Assembly (NCBI GenBank): GCA_002269645.1
Contig: NIVC01002659.1
Location: 19,960-83,959, forward strand
Direction: 5' to 3'
DNA: 64,000 nucleotides
Origin: Macrostomum lignano
Lineage: Eukaryota
The notes under the pieces are model-generated. The model ran no database searches, was not told the DNA's origin, and worked only from the letters and a program-made list of their open reading frames with translations. Every line of letters begins with the position of its first letter. Within the stretch, counting starts at the first letter, position 1. This document shows, in pieces, positions 25,082 to 36,111 of the stretch. Both the position numbers and the translations under genes were made by a program.

Positions 25082-26663
25082 ATGCAAGTTGCGGACAGCG
25101 AAGAGGCAGGTCATGAATTGCAGGATAAGGCGGATAAAAAGCGTGTCCGAAACACTCTGATAGCATTCGCTGGCAATATATCTGCTCACGGAATTTGGCA
25201 AGCTCATCTCGCCGCTCTGGTATGTCCAAGCTTTGTGGCTGGTGCTCATTATCGGCGCTGTGAGCGGCCTCGCCTACCACATGAGCACCATGGTGAGTAA
25301 GTACATGAAAGAGCCGGTGTCCACCTCAGTCACTCTTCGCGGCGTCGACTTTGTCTATCCCGGAGTCACCGTGTGCAACAAGAAGTTCCTATCTGTCAGC
25401 GCCATGGCTCAGAAGGTTGACAGGATCACCAGTGGACCAATCAGACCGGCCGGTGCGAATGAAGGCGAGCAAACTTGGTCGTGGTCAACAAACTCCATGA
25501 AATTCTTCTTGGTGGACCAGACGGGAAGAGACAACTTAGAAAAACAAAGTTCCGAAGAGTTGCTAACATCGTCAACGTACCTCATGCGAAACGAAGAATT
25601 GAGAAATAATCTAGCTCCGTTGATGTTTCGCGACAGCGACGGCATCGGGAGTTTCGCCCAGTACAGTCTGCACCCTGAGAAGCTGCTCATCCGCTGTCGG
25701 TTCGGTCCTTACGCCTGCGACATCTCCGACTCTCCGACAAATGCACGACAATCCGTACTGCATCACACTCAATCTCCGTACAGCGTCCAGGATAAGAACG
25801 ATTTATCCAAGGGAGAAGTGAATTTATTTGGTCTCGAACTCTACTACTGCACGGATTCGAGCCAATTAAATTCTTTGCGCTTACTTCCCGAATTGAAATT
25901 TGCATCCGACGCCTTCTTCCGCATGAGCAGCAACGGCGGAGTGTCTCTCTTCTTATCCAGCGGACTTCATAAACTACTGGCAGCGAACAGCCTCTGGGTC
26001 GGACCAAAGTGTTGCATATTCCTACACGAACACAGACTGCTTCTTCAATGAGTTGCAAAACTTGATCTACAAGCAGTGCGGCTGTCTGTCTGACGACTAT
26101 CCAGTGCCTAACAGTTTAAAAAAGCATGGCGCTACTTCGTGCTTGAACATTACAGAAGCTTATATTTTGAGTAACAAGAACAAAACTGAAACACCAAATG
26201 CATCATCAACTGAAAATTTTATAGAGCAGTGAGTTGCGTCTGTAAAACCGCAAACGGCTACCACCGAAATAATGAGATTGTTCTCAACCAGACATTTATA
26301 CGCGAGGTTAATCGCGGAATCTACGATATCCTCACGCAGATAATCAATCGAGGTGCGAGTATCGGCACAAAAAACTTTCTCTCGATCAAGCTGGGCGCAG
26401 CCGACCAGTCGGGCAAGAGCACCGTCACTGAGGAGTCGCTTTCGTACGGGGCCTTCGATCTGCTCAGCGACATCGGCGGAATTCTCGGACTCTACCTTGG
26501 CGTCTCGGTGCTGACGCTGTGCGAGGTGCTAGAGCTGGCACTGGGCCTGATCTTCTTCTTCGTAGCTTCGATAGTCAGGGGCCGACGTCGCGTTCAGCAG
26601 CAGCAGCAGCGGCAACAACAACAACCTGGCATCATCGTTGTGAAACCAGCATCGCAACAGTAA
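25082..26663 (+). pseudogene. DEG/ENaC copy 2, probable pseudogene
   Basis: Paralog of copy 1 from ATG 25082 to TAA 26661-26663. It has a +1 T near 25195 (GGAATTTGGC vs GGAATTGGC), a frame-disrupting indel near 25731, a deletion of about 130 bp near 25940 and one of about 215 bp near 26230-26260 relative to copy 1. Single-base lesions could be consensus errors, but the large deletions argue for real decay. Confidence 0.8.
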
Positions 26664-26956
26664 CGCGCTGTGGATCTTGAGTCCGCCTAACCACAGATAC
26701 AAACTCATTTCAGCTAGCAAGCACTTTTTTCGTTGCTCGTACGAGTTGATTATTTTCTGTGCCGTATACACTCGTAATGCTTGTATTTCTGTCGGTGTCG
26801 AACCGTGTTTGTTTTCTTAAAGCAGTTGAATATAAGCAATGCCTTCGTTTTTATTGATACATATTTGATCTCAAGCAAATTTGAAATGGCAAAGCAATCG
26901 TTGAACGAGTTACCGCTGGTTTCTATATTCAGATTGTTTCTACACGACACCCTCTT

Positions 26957-27071
26957 GGCCAATTTTCGTGCACACAAGCCCCAAACGAATGGGGCCTTGC
27001 TCGGAATCAAAAGAGGGGTCATGGTGGCGCGAGAGTCAGGCGCGTTTACCGCTGAGAGCTGCTGTGCCCGC
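26957..27071 (-). mobile_element. SINE family A head
   Basis: Reverse complement CTCAGCGGTAAACGCGCCTGACTC...GCGCCACCA...TTTGGGGCTTGTGTGC matches 42541-42630. Confidence 0.72.
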
Positions 27072-27225
27072 TTGTTATGAGCACAGAAGTGCTATTCAAC
27101 CGATAGTGTCCAACCATATTGTCATGATAACCCGGTTCGCCGTTTGTTTCTTTTTTTCCATCGCTCTCAACTCAAAAAAAATTCTTGGACTGAAAAAACA
27201 CAAATAAACAAATTGTCAAACTCAC

Positions 27226-29084
27226 AATTGAGATTTCGTTTCACATAGGACACATCTGGCGGGATCTTGTCGCTGAGTAGAGTTTTTATTGTCATTGAAT
27301 GATGCGCCTCAACCTTCTGCACGTGCTGATTGAATTGTGCGACGAGGACTTCGTTTTTAATTGGCAGCATCGGTTTGAAGCGCCCGACCGTGTACACCGC
27401 GGACGATGCGTTCGACACCGAGAACCCGAACCCGCAGTAGCGCGTCTGCGGCCACACCAGCTGCAGGAAGTTCACTGTAGGAAGATATTTTAGTGATGCT
27501 GAGGCCTTCAGTTGAAGTATTTACCGTGTCCATTGGCAGAAACTTAGCTATTTCTCACTCAGATCCTCACTGTTCTCACTCAGATCCTCACTGTTCTCAC
27601 TCAGATACTCACTGTTCTCACTCAGATCCTTACTGTTCTCACTCAGATCCTCACTGTTCTCACTCAGATCGTCACTGTTCTCACTCAGATCCTCACTGTT
27701 CTCACTCAGATCCTCACTGTTCTCACTCAGATCCTCACTGTTCTCACTCAGATCCTTACTGTTCTCACTCAGATCGTCACTGTTCTCACTCAGATCCTCA
27801 CTGTTCTCACTCAGATCCTCACTGTTCTCACTCAGATCCTCACTGTTCTCACTCAGATCCTCACTGTTCTCACTCAGATCCTCACTGTTCTCACTCAGAT
27901 CGTCACTGTTCTCACTCAGATCCTCACTGCAACTAATCAGAACCCACGTTTCCCACTTCTATCTTTTTAAAAAGATGCAGTGATTGATTAAAAGCCAAAC
28001 TATAAGCAAACGACGGCTCACCTGGACGGCAAGATTTTTCAGCCCACTGGCTTCCTTTAAACTCGAGCGCTTCGTCGAACCAAGTGTCAATTACTGCGGA
28101 GCCTGCAACAGTAAACAGTATAAAAAATGCTTAATAATTTTACTGCCAACATAAACTAAATTATTGATGCTACGACAAAAAAATGTTTTAAATTTGGTTA
28201 TGTATATGCCCTATGCATGACAGTGTCCAAATATAAAAAAGTTCTGGTGTGTTAAGCTTGAATTTTTTTTCAGAAAACAAGTCACTTATACTTTTCGTCT
28301 GGCAGATAGCAACCAGGGGGAGCTCCTTCAACGGTGTCTGGAAAGATGTCCGGCAGTTGAGGCCTGCCCACTGTCGAGGCTTGATCAGCGAAACTCAAGA
28401 TATTCGCAACGGGGAGTCCATAGTCACCTGGTGCCTCTTGCTGAAGGTCCAGAAGCTGCGCCTGGGTGAAAGCCAGTGACCAACGAAGTCAGAGCCCATG
28501 CAGATACACGTGTTCGACGTGCTGATGAAATTTGGAGGCTTGGCAAGGCTGCACAGAGGCGCAGTGCTGATTGGTGCACAGGGGTGTACTGAATACACTG
28601 GCGCTTATGGGAAAAATCTGACCTTCTGGCGTAATCGTTGAATATCTCGACGGTGTAAACGGCTGGCGACTTGATTCTTGTTTGAGAAGGTGCGCAACAA
28701 AATGTTAGCGCTGGTTCTCAAGTTCCGGCGCAGAAAAAATGGTCAGGGGAATTCCCTCCTTTTGGTAGTTTGACGGGCAGAGATATGGCTTTGCAATCCT
28801 ACTGCTACCGATTTATTTATTATTTCATTACCACTAAACGATATGAACTTCTCGGAGAACAGGCGGCAGATGCACTCGCCAATGCCGAACTTGGTAGCCT
28901 CCAGGTCGGACTGCATGGCGTCCAGCGCGGCCAGGTTGTCCGCCCAGTCCTGCGCCCCGCTGTAGCTGCTCGCCACGTGCTCCGGCCGGATGATGAGGCT
29001 CAGGCGCAGCTTCAAAGGCGGTGCGCAGAACATGCGCCGGATTTCGTTCACCCGTTCTAAGCATTCTAGATTGAATTTTTCCAT
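27226..29084 (-). CDS. Divergent CAP/SCP (GAPR-1/GLIPR2-like) domain protein, 3' end unresolved
   Basis: Phase-consistent exons 29084-28832, 28102-28022, 27474-27226 give EKFNLECLERVNEIRRMFCAPPLKL...AQDWADNLAA...GIGECIC...SGSAVIDTWFDEA...PVNFLQLVWPQTRYCGFGFS...AVYTVGRFKP. This aligns by eye with GAPR-1 motifs (HNEYR..HGVPPLKL, GENLA, ADRWYSE, GHFTQMVW..T..MGVG, FVVARYFP). It ends either at the donor at 27225 or by reading on to the stop at 27167. Confidence 0.75.
27552..27930. repeat. 21-bp minisatellite (CACTGTTCTCACTCAGATCCT)
   Basis: About 18 units in CAP-gene intron 27475-28021. Confidence 0.97.
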
Positions 29085-29539
29085 TGTGCCGTCTGGCCGT
29101 GGGTTGCCGATCTAGACACCAAATGCGCAGAGATGCTCAAACACACTATCTATTTCATTCCGTTTTTATATTTTTGTTTATGGTCTTCTGGCAGCGTGCA
29201 AATGCTCATTTGGTTTCATTTTTAAAGCGACACATTTCATCTTTCTGATAAACTCAGTTTTTTATGTTTTAGTCTTGCAATTAGAAATTTATATCTCCTT
29301 GGATCTCCTGCGAGACAATTTCTTTCTCTTTACCGCAGCCCAAGAGCCACATGAGAGACGAGTTTACGCTAGCAGGGATCATTTGAAGGACGAGGTCCGG
29401 CGAAGTGGTGTTCCACGGTTCTTCAAGACAGCACTGTTCTGATGCGATCGACGGGATTCTCAAGCGATGACAGAGAAGTGTGGTGATAACTGGTGGAGAC
29501 TGTGATGGGAAGGCTGCCTTAAAGGGTACACTTACGAGG

Positions 29540-29610
29540 GCCAACGCCCCCAAGGCACAGAGAGTGTACATGCTTGATGATTAGAAAGTCAGGGCGGCTG
29601 TACACCCTTG
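29540..29610 (+). mobile_element. Isolated SINE core fragment
   Basis: CCCCCAAGGCACAGAGAGTGTACATGCTTGATGATTAGAAAGTCAGGGCGGCTGTACAC is shared with the SINE A and B bodies. Confidence 0.6.
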
Positions 29611-30003
29611 TGGGAGCCTGCGTACAGTATTGGCGCCAGGGTGCCCAATGCCCTCCCACAATTATCATTACCTTGATTATTATTAATATAATACGTAAAG
29701 CAGGCATATGTGCTGATTTTCCGTGGCAAGAAATAAACTTAAATCTATCGAGAATTGTTGTTGACAAAAGCGAAAGTTTCTGTGCATGGACAGTAAAGCA
29801 TGTGGATTTGTATTTTTTCTGGAAAAAGTTCTTCTGTGCTGTGATGAGAATTGATAATAGTAGTAATTCAACTTTAAGACAATTTTCGTTACACTTAAAG
29901 CCTGTAGCTCCTAGTCACACAGTACCAATCACTATGAAGGGAGGTTCTGGCTCAACAACACAAAATTAGTCAGCAATTATTGTCAGATTGTTTTTGTCGG
30001 CTG

Positions 30004-30401
30004 CTAGCGGTGCAGTCCGAAGCACGCCAGCGGATGGTAGATGCTCCAACAGTACCGCTCCCGGAATCTCTTCGTCATCACGCGCCATTTCTTCATGACG
30101 AGAGCGGCGCGCTGGCGGACTCCGACGACTAGCTGGTCTCTCGGGCTGTCATGCCCAGCTGTAGGCTGAGAATTAAGCGTTGGATATTTTATAGACAGAG
30201 CTCCACGTGCGTTTGAATGTATGCAAGTAAAGTGAATCTTTCGGGATGTCTGTCCAAGGACAACTGAAGTACGTAACTAAGTATATAACGTAACTTCAGT
30301 TGTCCTTGTGTCTGTCTCACCTGTATGTCGCCGGCATTTGGGGTCGACTCGGCGGTGGCGGTGGCAATCAGACACATCAGGCAGACCGGTAGGCTGCTCA
30401 T
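30004..30401 (-). CDS. Small putative secreted prepropeptide, 80 aa, 2 exons
   Basis: Exons 30401-30321 (donor GTGAGA) and 30165-30004 (acceptor TTCTCAG, stop TAG) give MSSLPVCLMCLIATATAESTPNAGDIQ|PTAGHDSPRDQLVVGVRQRAALVMKKWRVMTKRFRERYCWSIYHPLACFGLHR. It has a signal-peptide-like N-terminus and an upstream TATAAAA. An alternative acceptor 7 nt downstream would give only 36 aa. Confidence 0.55.
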
Positions 30402-30487
30402 TGAGACACTGAGATCTGGCTAGAGAAGGGAGAACCGATGAGTAATGTCGGCTGCTTGGACGAACTGGGCCTGTAAAAATCAGCTGC

Positions 30488-30494
30488 TTTTATA
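30488..30494 (-). promoter_or_regulatory. Candidate TATA box of the small peptide gene
   Basis: TATAAAA on the minus strand in GC-flanked context (GGTCTATAAAAGCAGC), about 90 nt upstream of ATG 30401. Confidence 0.45.
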
Positions 30495-30819
30495 GACCGC
30501 ATGAAGCAGGTGGTGGCGTCTTCAGTTCCAGAGCAATTGCGTGATTGGGCAAATTAGCGAAAATCGAGGCCATTTTTTAGATGCAACAGCTGACAGGTGG
30601 GATGAGACACAGAGCTAGAGAGAAATTACGGAGGCCCAAATTGCTGGTCCTAATTTTTGCAGTTTTCTGATAAAAAATTGCTTCTGAAATAATTGGTAGA
30701 AATTCATCTTGATTTTGTCGTATTCTACGTCTATTGCTACCCACTGTCGACAACAAGATGTGTGTCCTGGACGCTAATGCTGAAACGCTGCATTCCAGCT
30801 TCATCAGAAGCAGCTCCTG

Positions 30820-31850
30820 CACCACCGCTAGTGTTGCGGTGTCGCGCAGGTAGATCCGGTGGTGCCGGATGGTCGCTCTCCCGGTAGCCCTTAGGTAGCG
30901 GACGAGCTGGCAGAGATTCTCGGGCCTGAAAACGTCGGAGAGGTCCGGGTTTGGGTCGAGGTAGGTGAGCCTTTCCTGAGTAAAGGCGGGGCATTCACAG
31001 ATGAAGTGCTCCGCATTCTCGACACCGGAGAGGCAGAATGGGCATTCCTCACTGCGGATTTTTTCCTGGAGGTGGCGATGCCTGGCAAACAGCCATGACC
31101 CGAGAGAGCCATGGTCACCGCCCTGGAGTCCAAGCAGAGGGCCCTGCACAGGGCGGAGGAAGGACAGGGGACAGCCGCGCGGGATTGCCAGTAGTTATGG
31201 GGGTTTGTCCACATCTCCCTGTGCTTAGAAGCCACCCACTGGTTGATCTGAGTGGTGACAACGGCGGTGGGGGTGGGGGCCACGGGCAGGGGACCAGTAA
31301 AAGAACCGGTCGAGCCAGCCTTGGCCAGGCGATCAGCCAACTCGTTGCCGGGTTGGGCCGCGATTGCCCGGGGATCCACCTTAGGGACACCTTGTTGGAG
31401 GCGCCTAAGCGGTTGAGCTGCCCGATGCAGTCGAGGACTGTACGCGAGCAGGTGGTGGTGCGCTCAAGGGCGTGGATCGCCGCTTGACTGTCCGAGTGGA
31501 GGGTAATCTCCTTCCCTCAGACGCGCTGATTGTACAGCTCCATGGCGCAGGAGCTGATGGCGAGAACTTCGTTCTGGAAGACGGTGGAGCAGGTGCCGGT
31601 GTGCTGGGAGAAGGTCGCCACGGTTCTCCCTCCAGACACGATGCAGTAGCCGTAGGCCGTAGCCAGAGGCGGAGTTGATTTGGGACCCGTCAGTGAAGCA
31701 GTGGATTTCATGGGGTTTCCAGTTGTCTCTTGCTTCATGACGTGGTGGAATGCTGGTTTTGAATTTGAGCGGAGGGCAGAGCGTGGACGGGATTCCGTCC
31801 GAGAGGGTCAGCAGGCCTCTCGCTGTTTCCAGGTATCGCACGGCAACCCC
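30820..31850 (-). mobile_element. 5'-truncated, frameshifted LINE fragment (RNase H plus C-terminal CCHC), related to the element at 43270-48700
   Basis: Minus-strand pieces [41 protein letters not shown] and [19 protein letters not shown] parallel the ORF2 C-terminus at 47650-48480, in several frames. Confidence 0.88.
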
Positions 31851-31851
31851 C

Positions 31852-31961
31852 CGACCAATTTTCGTGCACACAGGCCCCAAATGAATGCGCTAGCGCACGG
31901 AATCGAACCTGGGGTCGTTTTGCATGGCGTGAGAGTGTTTACCATTGAGCTTCTCTGCCCC
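31852..31961 (-). mobile_element. SINE family A head abutting the LINE fragment
   Basis: Reverse complement GGGGCAGAGAAGCTCAATGGTAAAC...GGTTCGATTCCGTGCGCTAGCGCATTCATTTGGGGCCTGTGTGCACGAAAATTGG. Confidence 0.7.
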
Positions 31962-32363
31962 TGGACCAGCTGGAATGTCCCCTTTGAGCCATGGCATCTG
32001 TCCTGGGTTTCTAATCGGGCTATTACACTAATTGCTATAATTGTGCCCCTCGAAGCAATTTTACTGATGGCAACTCGAGGCCTCCCATTATTTTGCCACC
32101 TGAATTTTCCGAGAGGCATCTGGAAGAATTGCAAGACATTTTTTATGCTCTTGGAGAAAATTTGTTCTACACATTTTCTACGGAATTTTAGCATTTGAAA
32201 AACAATCATTTCACTGTTGGGACTTATGATTAACAAATAATAGCCGGTTTATTTTTGTGAACTGTATACTTTGAGAGTGAATTTACTGAGAAAAAACTCT
32301 TGTTTTAAAAAACCGAATATGCCATTGGTTTTTTGTTCAATCAGCTGCTCCAAAGCCGCGTTT

Positions 32364-35300
32364 TCAAAGCATCGACTTGGATTTCTCGATGCGAACGCTG
32401 CGGCTCAGGCAGAGCCAGAAGGTTGAGGCGATGAGAAAGGAGACTGCCGCAGCCCAGGACGGGATCAGCGACCAGCCCGCGCTCACGGTCCGGTAGGCTG
32501 AGCTGCAGTACTGCGGGTGGGCATGGCGCTCAGTCTGTCACCTAGTCTGTCACTCTGTGTCACCTAGTCCATCACTCTGTGTCACCTAGTCCATCACTCT
32601 GTGTCACCTACTCTGTCACTCTGTGTCACCTAGTCCGTCACTCTGTGTCACCTAGTCTGTCACTCTGTGTCACCTAGTCTGTCACTCTGTGTCATCTAGT
32701 CTGTCACTCTGTGTCACCTAGTCCATCACTCTGTGTCACCTAGTCCGTCACTCTGTGTCACCTAGTCTGTCACTCTGTGTCACCTAGTCTGTCACTCTGT
32801 GTCACCTAGTCCGTCACTCTGTGTCACCTAGTCTGTCACTCTGTGTCACCTAGTCTGTCACTCTGTGTCACCTAGTCTGTCACTCTGTGTCATCTAGTCT
32901 GTCACTCTGTGTCACCTAGTCTGTCACTCTGTGTCACCTAGTCTGTCACTCTGTGTCACCTAGTCTGTCACTCTGTGTCACCTAGTCTGTCACTCTGTGT
33001 CATCTAGTCTGTCACTCTGTGTCACCTAGTCCATCACTCTGTGTCACCTAGTCCGTCACTCTGTGTCACCTAGTCTGTCACTCTGTGTCACCTAGTCTGT
33101 CACTCTGTGTCACCTAGTCCGTCACTCTGTGTCACCTAGTCTGTCACTCTGTGTCACCTAGTCTGTCACTCTGTGTCACCTAGTCTGTCACTCTGTGTCA
33201 TCTAGTCTGTCACTCTGTGTCACCTAGTCTGTCACTCTGTGTCACCTAGTCTGTCACTCTGTGTCACCTAATCCATCACTCTGTGTCACCTAGTCCATCA
33301 CTCTGTGTCACCTAGTCTGTCACTCTGTGTCACCTATTCCGTCACTCTGTGTCACCTAGTCTGTCACTCTGTGTCACCTAGTCTGTCACTCTGTGTCACC
33401 TAGTCTGTCACTCTGTGTCATCTAGTCTGTCACTCTGTGTCACCTAGTCTGTCACTCTGTGTCACCTAGTCTGTCACTCTGTGTCACCTAATCCATCACT
33501 CTGTGTCACCTAGTCCATCACTCTGTGTCACCTAGTCTGTCACTCTGTGTCACCTATTCCGTCACTCTGTGTCACCTAGTCTGTCACTCTGTGTCACCTA
33601 GTCTGTCACTCTGTGTCACCTAGTCTGTCACTCTGTGTCACCTAGTCTGTCACTCTGTGTCATCTAGTCTGTCACTCTGTGTCACCTTCTCTGTCACTCT
33701 AACTTCTCTCCATTGTCCTTTGCCGCCAGACTTTGTCCCAGCTCGTGACAGCATTTTTCCTTCCAATCAGCAATAAAACTGTTTACCTCTTCAGGCGTCT
33801 TCACCAAGGAGTAACAAGTGCAGTCTGTGCACGTGCGGGGCTTTCTGGACATTCGAGATATTTTTTCGTGCTCGATAGAGTTGCCGAACAGGGCGAAAAT
33901 TCCTTGGGTGAACAAAAGGGACAAGTCAGACATATGCGGATTAAGAGACTGTAAACTAGACTAGCCTCAGTTACGAGTACCCTAGAAGGATTACCTTACC
34001 ACTTGATTGCCTCAACCACCTCACCGCCCCAACCACCTCACTGCCCCAACCACCTCACTGCCCCAACCACCTCACTGCCCCAACCACCTCACTGCCCCAA
34101 CCACCTCATTGCTCTAACTACCCACTGCCCCAACCACATCATTGCTCTAACTACCCACTGCCCCAAACACCTCATTGCTCTAACTACCCACTGCCCCAAC
34201 CACCTCATTGCTCTAACTACCCACTGCCCCAATCGCCTCATTGCTCTTACTACCCACTGCCCCAACCACCTCATTGCTCTAACTACCCACTGCCCCAACC
34301 ACCTCACTGCCCCAACCACCTCACTGCCCCAACCACCTCACTGCCCCAACCACCTCACTGCCCCAACCACCTCATTGCTCTAACTACCCACTGCCCCAAC
34401 CACATCATTGCTCTAACTACCCACTGCCCCAAACACCTCATTGCTCTAACTACCCACTGCCCCAACCACCTCATTGCTCTAACTACCCACTGCCCCAATC
34501 GCCTCATTGCTCTTACTACCCACTGCCCCAACCACCTCATTGCTCTAACTACCCACTGCCCCAACCACCTCACTGCCCCAACCACCTCACTGCCCCAACC
34601 ACCTCATTGCTCTAACTACCCACTGCCCCAACCACCCCACTGCCCCAACCACCCACTTCTTCAACCCCTGCATAACCCTAACTACCCATAACACAAGGAC
34701 CACCACAAATCCACCGTTTCAAGAGATCCACACCTCGCTCAAATAATCTTATCCACTTAACTACCTACTAACAGTAGGCACAAAAAGGAAAATCACACCA
34801 GCGGTGAGGTAGAGAACCCCGGTGACGGTGATGGAGGGCACAACTCGAGCTGCCACTCCGATTAAACCAGTAATTAGCGAGGCGAGAATGCAGAGCATGA
34901 CAACAATGCAGCAGGATATGGTGTTGTTCTGCATCTCTGCGGGTAGTTCCAGTGATTATAAACGTTTGATGGGCCCTTCGTACTTTAATAACCAAGCCCT
35001 TAATTAACTTATAAGCAATTCTTATATATGGGACTAATGATCCCAAATGGATCTGAGTGGGACTTATGATCCCAAATGGGTCTGAATGGGACTTGATCCA
35101 GAATTGAATTGAGTGGGGACTTATAAGACCTCTAGTAATGTCTAAAATCCCTATTATCGAGAATCTGGTAGCAATTTAATTCTTTTTTTCATAACGCAAT
35201 TTCTTGCGTTACTCTACGAGCAACCTGCAAAGGCGCTTTCTTTTATTTCTCAGATGTAGAACTAAGCTTCAACTCACTAAGCCATGTACCTGTTCCGTGA

Positions 35301-35629
35301 TATTTTATTAGGAAGCATTTCAAAGCATTTAATCTGAACCAATTTCCAAAATTTCCATTCAAAATTTTAAACTTTGGATTATATTCCACAAACTTTCCAT
35401 CGACCTACTCATAGTAGAAGAAGCAGCTAACAAACCCGCAATGCTCGATTTCTCACTCATAATCTGCGACTCTGGCTGGGTTCGCTCGGCCACCGGCTGT
35501 CCGGGCCCGGCTCTGAGGGCGCCGCCGTCCGGGATGTAGCTGAAGCAGGAGGCGTTGCGCATGGGACTGCTGGCCTGGCAGTAGGCTGAGTACAGGGCCT
35601 GGTTCTGCGGGTCTGGCGTGGGGATTGGG

Positions 35630-35683
<54 letters not shown>

Positions 35684-36111
35684 CTAACTAACTAACTAAC
35701 TAACTACTGTAAGGTTCCGCAGTCCTGCACAAGCTCACTGCTCGGATCCATCAGGTTGCACACGGACCAGAGTCCGCCTCGCAAGTCCAACAGGCAGGCC
35801 GCCTTCAAGGAGCTGTTGCCAACGGCCTTGGGCAGCAACACGGCACCCGCGATGCCACCAGTCGGTGTCAGGAGGCTCAGCGTCTCCCTCGAGCTGGCAT
35901 TGACTGCCGCAAAATTGAACGCGACGCTTTCCCAGGCGCCTGTGGTGACAGCGGCCAGGAACAGGGCGGTGCTGAAACCGCTCGCCAATGCCGCAGCCGC
36001 GGCCAGGGCGAAGCAGCTGCCGCGTTGGTAGCGGCGCTGCCGGCTCTTCTGAGCCGTCGTTGAAGACGCCGACACCGCGGCTGTCGCTGCTGTCGTTGTC
36101 GTTGTCGTCAT
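32364..36111 (-). CDS. Claudin/PMP22-superfamily tetraspan membrane protein, 5 exons
   Basis: Phase-consistent exons 36111(or ATG 36300)-35739, 35612-35457, 34936-34799, 33902-33787, 32510-32364 (TGA). TM1 then a GAW and a GGLWSVC loop signature, TM2/TM3 MQNNTISCCIVVMLCILASLITGLIG...VTGVLYLTAGIFALF, and AGWSLIPSW before TM4. Confidence 0.8.
32535..33700. repeat. 22-bp minisatellite (GTCACTCTGTGTCACCTAGTCT)
   Basis: About 52 units filling the last claudin-gene intron. Confidence 0.97.
34012..34660. repeat. Compound 17/33-bp C-rich minisatellite with a 266-bp higher-order duplication
   Basis: Units CCCCAACCACCTCACTG and CCCCAACCACCTCATTGCTCTAACTACCCACTG. Identical minus ORFs at 34089-34319 and 34355-34585 show the 266-bp period. 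Confidence 0.95.
35630..35707. repeat. (CTAA)n microsatellite
   Basis: Occupies most of the 126-bp claudin intron 35613-35738. Confidence 0.97.

Noticed and set aside
29281-29571. Minus-strand 96-aa ORF as an upstream exon of the CAP gene
   Set aside because: Its start lies inside a SINE core fragment, and the CAP domain already begins at a good ATG (29084).
32511-32536. Claudin last-exon acceptor supplied by the minisatellite (GTGACAG|ACT at 32535)
   Set aside because: It is in frame but purine-rich; the pyrimidine-rich CCCACCCGCAG| 24 nt further on is more plausible.
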